Assembly: GCA_017499595.2 (NCBI GenBank) | Contig: CM039004.1 | Coordinates: 930,001-994,000 of the forward strand | Direction: 5' to 3' | DNA length: 64,000 bases | DNA from: Psilocybe cubensis | Taxonomy: Eukaryota | Shown here: positions 37,911 to 48,487 of the stretch, in pieces | How positions within the stretch are numbered: the stretch's first letter is position 1 | Layout: the number at the start of each line of letters is the position of its first letter | Translations under genes and position numbers: made by a program | The notes under the pieces: generated by a model | What the model saw: the letters and a program-made list of their open reading frames with translations, nothing else | Database searches by the model: none | What the model was told of the DNA's origin: nothing

Positions 37911-39738
37911 ATGAAATTCTCCGTACTCCTTGGTTTTTGTTTTTTCGTGACCACCCTCGCCCATGAGGGCCACAACCACGGCGAACAGACCCCCCTCGAC
38001 TATGTAAGGTTTCCCCAACCAATCTACCGAACAAGCAATGGAGAAGGTCGGTGTATAGCTATTATCCTACTCGCAGTTTCTGTATACTAACATGACACTG
38101 CCTCTCGATGAAGTCACTGCCGACGCTATATTCTCTGGCATTACTACATTCGCCAAACTCCCTTGGGTTCAATGTCTTACCAGAGAGCGCCATATTCCAT
38201 TCGACATTGCCTTCATCGGTGCCCCTTTTGTAAGCTCATCCGAGTTAAATTGGCAATTACTCTTCCTGAGTGACGACTTTCAGGACACCGGCACCAGTTA
38301 CCGCCCTGGAGCTCGGTTTGGACCAGGTGAATGCAACCTTGATTGCATTCGTCTGGAAGATTATTCTGACAACGTCGCACATTTCCAGCTGGCATAAGAG
38401 CTGGATCTCGACGCTTGACTCTTTATGGCGGATACAATGTCCCTCTCGACGTTAATCCATTTAATTCCGGGTTAAGGATCGTCGATTGCGGAGATATACC
38501 GGTAACGTAAGTACGTTTTGTCCCCCAACTCATGGCCGTATATATCCAACACACTTTGTAGGCCGTATGATAACAAGTATGCAATTCAACAAATTGAAGA
38601 TGGCCACAAGTCATTGCTTCAGCGTGAGGCATACTCGCCGTTGGGGAACGATTCGATTACAGGCCAGAAACTCACACCCATCTCAACCGACGGAAAGAAC
38701 CATCCACGAATCATTACTCTTGGAGGGGACCACACTATTGTGTTACCTCTACTAAGGTCAATCTACTCCGCATATGGTCCGATATCTGTCATCCATTTCG
38801 ATTCTCATCTCGGTGAGAGTTGGCCTTTATTAATGCGAAGGCTGAAATTTACCGTGACGTCCATCCTTGTAGATACTTGGAAGCCATCCGTGTTCGGGGG
38901 AGCGCCCTCTGAACAAGCGGCAATCAACCATGGCACTTATTTCTACTGGGCTAGTCAGGAAGGACTCATTAATAATGGAACATCAATTGCAAGTGTTTCG
39001 TTTCATTGTTATCCACTTGATCCTCTCCTTTCTCTCTCTCTCGATTTGCTTTGATCCTAGTTTATTGCCTTTCACAGCACGGTGCCATTAGGACGACTTT
39101 ATCGGGTCCTGAAGATTACACCAACGACGACGACGCCGGATTCAAACGTATCGAGGCCCGTGAGATCGACACCATTGGTATTTAATTATTTCCTTCACGG
39201 AATCTCTAAATTTTTAAAATGCCCGTTAGGAACTGATGGTATTATCAAAAAGATACGCGACACCGTAGGAAACGGTCCAGTTTATTTGTCAATCGATGTC
39301 AGTACTTTTCTTTCACGGGATGCTATCAACAAGTATACTAATAGTTGAGTGTTATATTTGGATAGATTGACTCTATAGACCCGGCATTTGCCCCTGCCAC
39401 TGGAACCCCAGAAACAGGCGGATGGTCTACCCGCGAACTTCGCACCATCTTAAGAGGCCTTGATGGGCTTCAAATAGTTTCGGCTGACATCGTAGAAGTC
39501 GCACCGGCCTACGACACAAATGCCGAATTAACAACTATGGTATGTGGCGTACACTTTTTAATGTCCGGGATCAATCCACCTGACAAAACAAACGCACATA
39601 AAAGGCCGCCGCAGATGTAAGTCCTCATAGTAAATTTGGCAGCAGTTCGCTCATTTGACGCATTTTTCACGTCAGGTCCTGTTCGAAGTACTGAGCGTTA
39701 TGGCAAAGACCCCTTTAGGTAAAGTTGCTGGGAAGTAA
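37911..39738 (+). CDS. Ureohydrolase (agmatinase / guanidinobutyrase-like) with N-terminal signal peptide
   Basis: [108 protein letters not shown]; the Mn-binding motifs are present. Confidence 0.93.
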
Positions 39739-40112
39739 TACATTCCTCCATTTTCCGGATTTCTTCGTACACGAGGCACAAAGTTCTGTCTGCCATTTGA
39801 GTACTGTAGTAGGGTTTATCCGGTTTGCCTTTTCCTCGTTAGAAATTTCTTCTCCTTTTATCTTTTACCAAGTGGCATGATTTTATTTCACCCTTGTAGC
39901 AACCAATAAAGATCTTTTGTCTTTATCGTGATGTAGGAATTTAACCCGCATAATTCTTTAGTGTATATAACTCGCTGCATTCCCTGAGTCTTGAAGTCTT
40001 CGATTCAAACCAAGAGCAGCAAAACTACAATTTTTCAAATATCTTGATTGGATTCATCTAAGAATACAGAAAGTCGCCCTACCAGAATAAAGCGCAGATG
40101 GTCAAAGGATAC

Positions 40113-42188
40113 TTATGATTGTTTGATGGACATAGTGGGGCTCTCGTCAATGTTCCGAACGGGCCCAGTAAACCATTTACGGGCAGAAATTACCCAAGAT
40201 AAGGACGCGAAGATGAACACACCCATAATGATCACCACCGAGTAGTCTAGAATCACATTTAAGACGAAATTAACTGTAGGCATGGAAGTTTTGCACTCAC
40301 TCATATCTTGCGCCGAGGTTACTTGATGAGGTGGGAAAAATAGCATCAACACAACAAAAGTTACCCATGAAACAGCGACTGCACCGATGGGCGTGGCCCA
40401 TTTACCCAAGCTGAAAGGACCGGGGATGAGTTTATTGCGTCCAGAAGTAATGCGTAGGAATATTGGCGCAGCATATGACGTGTACAACCCAATCACAGAG
40501 GAGCTGTACAATAAATAACCAAATCAATTTCAGCTTGCAAATGTCGACAAGAAATGTACGTACCCAGCGAGTGACGTTAATGCAGTCTCAGAGAATCCCA
40601 ATACCCCACAGAGTGCTGCTACACCGATGACGAACCACACAGCGTTCACTGGGGTTTGTGTATACTTGTTCATTCTCTTCCAAAGTCGGGAACCTGGAAG
40701 GGCATTGTCCCGTGCAAAGGCAAAAACCACACGAGAGGCGTCGACCGCCTGCGCCGCCCCAGTTACGTACTTGTGCATATGGTTAGTATAGGGAGAAAAT
40801 ATTCGAGGTGATCACCTACCTGGACAACGATAATCAAGGACCAGATAGTAAGCATGCCACGTTTCCCCAGAACATTCAGGAACACCTGCCCCATTGGAAG
40901 AGGAAGGTCTGTTGTCAGAATATCTGAGACCGATGGAACGGCAAATGAGGTAGCTATCAACAATAACCATCCAAGGCTCGCCGTTCCAATAACCGACACT
41001 ATGATAGCAAGAGGCGCCGCTTTCGCTGCGTTGGCAGTCTCTTCGGAGATGTGGGCAGCAGAATCGTCTGAGATGTGGCAAAGTCAGAATTGTTCAAGCG
41101 CCCATGAAACGGGGACATACATCCTGTCAAAGTCCACATAGGTGCAGTGAATGCTAGCATAAACGCCCATCCATCTAGATTTCTTAATTGGGGCATGCGA
41201 CTACCATGAAAGGAAAAAAAAATATACCACTGTTCCAACCCGAATTGTTTTCAAAAAGAGTAAAGGCATCCGATGTAGACGCCCTTTTTCCGTCTGAAAG
41301 GACAAGGAGAGCTACAATAGCAGCTATACTTGTTCCGACTGTAAAATGGGGTAAGCGAACGGTGATGTATCGAAATGAAACAAACAGTGACTTACCATTG
41401 ACTAGAACGTAAAATAGATTCAATCGAGCAAGCACGCTGGTTGCTGAAGAACAAACTATTCCATGGGAGAACAAAATGGCTAATAAAATGCCGAATGTCG
41501 CGCCAGAAGATAGAATTATAGCGCCGTCGCTATTTACAGCGATCGCAGTCGTAATCATCTGGGCGCAAGTGAAGTCTATGCCACAGACTAGCGTCACTTG
41601 CCCAGTAACATTTGCCCACCCGGTTATCCAGCTTGCAAGAGGGGCATATTTTGGAGGTGCTAACTTCGCGGAGAAGTAATACAGTCCAGCGCTCGTTCTG
41701 GGCCACATTGGTCAACAATGGGTTTTTGTACTATTTAGCCCCAACTTACGGCATGGAAGAGGCTAATTCTGCCATGGAGAGCGCAACGAACATAACAAAG
41801 CAGGAAGGTATGAGCCACCCAAAAACCATGCCTACATGACCACCTGGAGAATTCACTCAGTCACCCTGATCTCCCTGAAATGCAGAGCATCAGATTCTTG
41901 AATGCTGCCACATACCATTAAAAATGCCAAAAGAAAGAGTCGAAGAGACGCTCGCAATCACTCCCATAATTGAGAAGGCAAAACATACTGTTTCCAGACG
42001 CTATAGAGCAAACCTCAGCCAAAGGGTTGCATCGATAACTTCGGTCAACTCACAGAGAATTCTCGACGAAACTCGCTCCTGTACCCCAATTCGGCAAGCT
42101 TCAGGTCATCGGCACGTATGATGGAGTTAGTGTCCGTATGATCAACTGTGAGCACTTGAGCGTCGCCTTTTTCAGACTTGATGTCCAT
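40113..42188 (-). CDS. APC-superfamily amino acid/polyamine permease (Uga4/Tpo5/Hnm1-like)
   Basis: LAELGYRSEFRREFS, MAELASSMP|TSAGLYYF, SWITGWAN, WTLTG|YDSAAHISEETANA, ASRVVFAFARDNALPGS, PGPFSLGKW, ARKWFTGP. Confidence 0.93.
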
Positions 42189-43097
42189 GGTTCGAATGTC
42201 TGCCGTGAATGGCCAAGCGTCGTAGTACTTGTAAGTATAAAAGAAGCAACAATCAGCGTCTGCATGCTGGTACCGGCTGAGAATATATTTCCACACCGAT
42301 ATCACCTTGACATGTCAAGTTCCAGGCTTTCATCCTTGACATCTGTGCCCTATTGGAGTAGGAAATAGGATGCAGGGGTTCCGCGGGTCAGCAAGGCACT
42401 TCATTGGTTGATAGGGGTGGAAGAACATGCCTGAACCACAATTTTTGGCACAACAATTCCTCCACGTGATTAAATCGTGACTGAGGGTGGGAATGAATTC
42501 TATTTTTAGAATAGATGTGATTATTTTCCTCTTTCAATATCACCTCACCTTGTGGGTATGGGTGTCGATATACGTGATGTACGGCCTTTTTCTCTGGCAA
42601 TACATACAGTTATACACTTTCCGCAGCTAATGAAGCTCCTAAATTAACATGTATTGATTTAAATTTTGATGCAATGCACTGCAGGGCAATGTACTACTAC
42701 TATGTCTTCATCGTTCAACGGTATTCTAATTGTTTTAGTGCCTAATAATATCTGTCGATCCACAAAGATGGACTTCATTACAATTAAGACAGGGTGTAAG
42801 AGAGGAATAGACTACCAAATCAACCGACGCTCTGACATTCAACTTGGCTGAGTCTATTATACCGAACTTAACTTGGAGAACACGCAATGCCATCAAGAGA
42901 TAAGGACTTGCCGTTCTTTAAAAAGTCTCAGCTCCAGCTTCAGTTGTAAATTGAAAAGGCCGGATGTTACCGAAAGGGCTTAGTCGTGCGTGTGAAACGA
43001 ACGCCCTTCCCTTTGATTCTGTATCACCTTCAGCGCACTAGGGTATTCCCTGTCAGCTCAATCGACCTATCTCCACCCAGAGTGTTGAATTGAAGAA

Positions 43098-44824
43098 ATG
43101 CCGGCTAAACGAGTGCTAATCGGGTTCGGTGTCGATGTTGACGCTGTCGCCGGATGGTATGATCCAAAATTAGCGAATTTAATGACGCCCAGAGCTCATT
43201 AAAACTCTTTCTCGACTACTCAGGCTTGGATCTTATGGAGGAGAGGATTCTCCACTCGATATCTCGAGAGTATGCACCTATAGATGTACACTTTAAAGTA
43301 CACCACCAACCCCATGTATCTAGGGAATGTATGCAGGAGAGGTGGGAACTCCTCGTTTGCTCAAGTTGTTCAGCAAATATGGAATCAAGACGACCTGGTT
43401 CATCCCTGGTGAGTCAAAACCTCCCTTGAAAACTCGGCATATAAACTACTGAATAATAATCCTACCAGGCCACAGTCTTGAAACTTTCCCTGAGCAGATG
43501 AAAGCAGTGCGAGACGCGGGTCATGAACTGTAAGTACCTAATTGTCAAATCGCGCTCGAATCGTTAATTATAATACATCTGATAGGGGTCTCCACGGCTA
43601 CTCGCATGAAGTCGGTCCAAAGTGCCATGGAAAAACTTATTTTTTGACAAATATTTGCTTAAGAACCCAGTCGCTATGACTCTCCAGCAACAAAAAGACA
43701 TCTTGGACCATACCTACAATTTGCTGACGGAATTCAACAACGGCATTCCACCCAAGGTACGCTAACGGATTTGTTAATTAAACATTCACATTGGTAATGA
43801 CCTGTATAAAAGGGAAGTGTTGCACCCTGGTGGGAAACAAGTAAGGAGGGTACCGATATTCTTCTTGACAAGGGAATAGAATATGGTGCGGTTCTTCAAT
43901 TGTATCGATGGATATAATACTTCACATTCATTTCACAAACAGATCACTCGAGTATGGCTCACGAGTGCGCTTACCACTACCGTGCTTGTTTTGCAAATAT
44001 CGATTCAATTTTTTTTAGCTCACAGGCCTACTACATGAGGGACGCAGATTCCTGGACCAAGATAGATTATACCGCAAATGCCGCGACATGGATGCAGCCG
44101 CTTAAAAAAGGCAATGAAACGGGACTTGTCTGCATTCCAGCCAACTGGTGTGGATTTTTAGTACTTTCATTTGGATAAAATGATTCAGTTATTAACGATT
44201 ATAGGTATCTCGACGATTTACCTCCCATGATGTTGGTTATCCAGCATTTATATTTAATTGATACCGCAGCGTTCAAAGCTAACGATATAACTTCTGTAGG
44301 TTCATTAAATCAAGCCCGAACTCCCATGGATGGGTAAGCTATCCATTAATGTGACTACAGAGCACAATTTATTGTCCGAGAATAGGTCAATTCCAGGGAC
44401 GTTGAACAGCTATGGAAAGACACGTTCACTTATTGCTATAGGTATGCTACAGTGCTTAGTATTATTGGCAAAGGATTCATTAATAAACATTGGATCAAGG
44501 GAGGAAGAAGAATTCATTTTTCCTATTACGATTCATCCTGATGTCAGCGGGTAAGTGATGTTTGGCTCCTCTCTGTAATCCCCCTCAGTATATGACCATT
44601 ACTAGTCGTCCCCATGTCCTCCTTATGCTGGTGAGAAGATGTCTGGGTTAAAAGTATGCTTAGCGAATGACCAATGCATCTCGCAGGAGCGCTTCATCGA
44701 ATGGGTAAACACGCATGAAAACGTCCATTGGGTTCCAATGATAGAAATGGCACGAGATTTCAGGAAGAAGAACTCGCCTGCTCCTAACGCAAAGATGCCT
44801 GTTGGTCTGAAGCAGGAAATCTAA
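43098..44824 (+). CDS. CE4 polysaccharide deacetylase family, HpPgdA/PuuE-like; 15 exons, no signal peptide
   Basis: [107 protein letters not shown]. This closely matches the Helicobacter PgdA (HP0310)-type motif set as recalled. Confidence 0.92.
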
Positions 44825-45122
44825 CATGGTCTTTATTTTTCGATGAAAGAACGTTGGGAAGGAATTTGTACATCATTAGTCAGGAAATAGGAAATATCAC
44901 GTTCGAGACCCCTATCTGGCGCCATCTAACCTTCGCTGCATACTTCAGTCTCCAGCTGACTGAGTAAATTATTTATGGATGATGCATTCCGCTTATCCGA
45001 ATGCCGATGCAGATCAGAGTTCTCGCTTCTTTAACCTCCTCCCCATCTTGCTTTCTACCTCCATCTGAGAGACACTTTTCATCAGACTTGAACGAGGATA
45101 ACTGAACGAGGGTACATTCAAT

Positions 45123-47210
45123 ATGTCTGGAGCACCACATCTGCACGACGAGCTGGCGAATAATCCAGAGAGAGTTACTGTCGAGACAGCATTTGGGCCT
45201 GTAATAGGAGGCCGGGCACAGAATGGTTCCGCCATTTTTTTGGGTACGATGTTACTATCACTCAAGACAGAAAAATGGTTATTGACAGTTATGCCTCAGA
45301 AATCCCCTACGCGTTGCCTCCAGGGAGATTTGAAGACCCTGTCGCACTCCCTTCAAATTATCGTTACGACAAAGACAGAGAATATATAAGGGAGACTACA
45401 TGTTAGTACGCATTCTTGAGGATACGTGAAGCCCCTAAAACCTTTCGAATTTAGATGGTGTCCAACCACTAAACGACGGCCAAGCGGCAGGTAGTCCAGA
45501 TGCTCGTACAACATAGTGACTATCTAAACCCCCTTCTAGATATGCCTTTTAAAGACAAAGTTGGATATGGAGAGCCTTCAGAAAATCCGTAAGGTCCCCT
45601 CGCATCTCTCAAGCATTTATACTGACTGTCGGTCATAGACTCTTCTTGAACATCGCCATACCTCCTACTTTCCCAGAAGTCAGGAGATTTCCGGTGAGGG
45701 TATACATACATGGAGGGTAACTTTATCGTCAACCGTGTTTTCAGCCCTTTGTAATCGATAAACCTTAGTTTCCTGCAATTTGGATCACCTCACACACTCG
45801 GATCTCAAGCTCAATACATCGCAGCAGAGCGTTCGGAGATCTGGGTGAATGTGGGATACAGGCTTTCGGCGTTTGGCTTTATAGCCTGTGACAAGCCAAA
45901 GCTCACCGGAAATTATGGCTTTAAAGATCAATGGGTGGCGCTAGAATGGATCAAAGCAAACATCGAGGCTTTCGGAGGTGTGTTGTTTGTCCCTGGGTAT
46001 AGGTCCATAGGACATGATCTCTGACCGACTTCAGGTAATCCAAATGATATTCAAATAACCGGGCTATCTGCAGGTGGATCACACGGCTGGAAAGTTTATT
46101 GCAGATATTGACATATGCGCGTTTTAGGCGCACATTCTGTGCATCAGCTATTGCACCATGCGTCCTTGCTTCCGGAGGGAAAAAAAGCACCATTTAATTC
46201 GGCTGTTCTTCAGTCAAATGCAATGCTGTAAGTGTCCGTCGGCATATGAATTTTTGTGAAGCATATACGACGTTGGGTCCCGCCAGAACCGATCCAAAGA
46301 CACCCGAGGAGCTACGTCCGCAATTCATTGCCCTATGTGAAGCTCTTGGTTTAGATCCAGAAGCCCCCGACGTTCTAAACACCTTGAAGGACCCAAGCAA
46401 AATTTCATGGCAATCAATCACGAAGGTAATTGAAACCGATGCTATAGGACACTTTGGTACATTTCGAGGATGTCTGTCGGAGGATTGGATATCAGTCAAT
46501 CCAGGACCTATGGAATGGCAAAGGTGTGGGGGGCTCTCCCGGGGCCTCCGGACTCGGGGGGTGAGCAGCATCGTCGTCGGAGATCTCATCGAAGAATGGT
46601 ATCTCTACTCCATCGCTCATCCAATCAAGCATCCTGAAGATATATTGCCCAACTTGGAACGGTATATGCCAACCGATCTTGCACAGAAATTGCTTGAAGT
46701 ATTCCCCAAGCTTCCACCGGATGCCGGAGCAAAGGATAGCGCGAAATTATATGGAGATATATTGAGTTGTACTCAGGTGCACCTTCCTGCGCGTTTGCTT
46801 GCTAAAGATTTGGAAGCACAAGGGTATCCGATTATGAGGTATGAGATTCGTTGGACACCGGAGAAGTATCGACCATTAGGTTTGTGCACGTCTTTTACCC
46901 ATATACCAATTTTCACCGATTATTAGGGTACGTGACACATGGATGCGATCGGCTTCTGTGGGCCTTGCGAATCCCAAGTTTAGAGCCAGTAGAAGTCGAT
47001 GTCGCCAAGGAATGGATAGAAAATGTTTCAAAGGAAGTGGAGGGGATGAACGCAGGAGAATCTTGCCACAATAGCCGCCTCATGCTGACACTGAAGGAAG
47101 ACAAAAGTATAGGTTGGACGACTGACGAGAAATGGGAGGATTTAATGAAATTGGAGCCAATCTTGGAGTCGAGAAAGGGGAAATTTGGGGTTGCGCCCTA
47201 TAATCTGTAG
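45123..47210 (+). CDS. Type-B carboxylesterase / alpha-beta hydrolase
   Basis: EIPYALPPGRF, SENP|LFLNI, YIHGG|FLQFG, GYRLSAFGF, GNYGFKDQWVALEWIKANIEAFG|GNP, GLSA|GAHS (nucleophile elbow), GYVTHGCD. Confidence 0.9.
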
Positions 47211-47279
47211 CGCTGAGTTCTATGAATAGTTGGTCAGCATTGTCCTAGGTTTGCTTGTAGTTAAAAGTGTTGAAAAAGA

Positions 47280-48235
47280 TTGCTTGGCTCGAGAAGTAGT
47301 TCTGTACGCCATTTCTGTGCAAAAAGAGGGTGTTAATTCTTTTTAAAGGAAAAAAGGTTCCTTTAAGCTTTAAACAAGATTGTAGAACTCTTGTAGAACC
47401 TCGTCGTAGTTGGTTCTAAACTATGATTGAGGACGAAGTATCAGGTAGAGGACAGTCGGACAGTGTGACATTGAAAGTAAGTAGATCGATTTCGAGTGTC
47501 ACAGGCACGACATGGGGTATTGTGGTAATGCTGATGCTCCTTAAGAGAATACCAATTTGAAGATCAAACAGCAGCCTGAGTACGCGTCGGATGAACTGGA
47601 TGAACGAGAAACAGAAGCAGTAATGGCAGACGCGACGGATGTGAAAAAGAGAATTTTATATCCGCGAAGGGGAGCAAGCTCACAAAGGCGGGGCCCGAGG
47701 TAAGCTAAGAGACAAAGAAAAATAGTTCTTTGGCAGGTCCTTGTATGAGATCGAAACCCTCGACAGAAGGGTTTCACCATCCCATCCTCCTAGTACAAGT
47801 CTAGCAGAAACTTCCTAATGGCAGCATTTAGAACTGGTCTACCTGCGAAAAGCAGTTGAATGTCAGAGTTCAAAGTGAAGAAAATGGGAAGTCCGAAGAA
47901 CAATGTTTTGCTTTTCGATGCGGCGGCTTGAACTTCTTTGGCTTCGAACAGCGGGTTATGCCCTCCCCTCCTCTATTCTCAGAGGACAGTCCGAAGTATG
48001 GTCGTCGTACTCTTGAGTGTAAGACGTCTCTGGAGAGAGACGTAATGGCGAGGGCGAACAGGAAATTAATGATTGAGTAACGAAGCTTTGAATGGGGGAG
48101 ACTCCCGGTTGGGGCTGAATCGGGAGATGAAAAAAGGACACTCCGAGGCAGAAAAGGTTTTCGCAAAATGAGTCCAAGAGACAGGCACATCCACAGAAAA
48201 AAACCCAGCTACCAGAAATTTTTTGGGATGGGCAT
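47280..48235. ncRNA. Candidate structured non-coding RNA (hairpin-dense; possible RNase P-like P4 pairing on the minus strand)
   Basis: At least 8 local stems of 7-11 bp in about 0.9 kb and no credible long ORF; identity unproven (see findings). Confidence 0.35.
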
Positions 48236-48294
48236 TAAACGCACGTTGACTAGGTTATTGACATTGAGACATTTCAGATGCAAGTTGCAACACT

Positions 48295-48306
48295 CATCAC
48301 GTGATG
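48295..48306. promoter_or_regulatory. 12-bp palindrome CATCACGTGATG containing a CACGTG E-box (bHLH site)
   Basis: Perfect palindrome about 180 nt upstream of the ABP1-like ATG and just beyond the structured region. Confidence 0.4.
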
Positions 48307-48487
48307 TCGGAATTCCACGCATTCTCGCCATTGAAACGGCATGATCCTTGAACGTAACAACATCTTTTACTGCGCGTTTCTACATTTTTTACTTATCGCT
48401 CATAAGGATCGTGTTTAGCACAAGTACGTCTTGTAACTTGCTTTGCCTTATTGTCTTCCTTATCACGCACCATAGAGAACCTGGGAG

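Noticed and set aside
37385-43097. Shared CCGG or GATA motifs in the two divergent promoters of the putative cluster
   Set aside because: Short motifs are present, but no longer shared consensus could be seen by eye above chance.
47423-47818. Plus-strand spliced micro-gene (MIEDEVSGRG...)
   Set aside because: The best acceptor gives a stop after 22 codons and the second intron would be only 36 nt; the structured-RNA reading is preferred but unproven.
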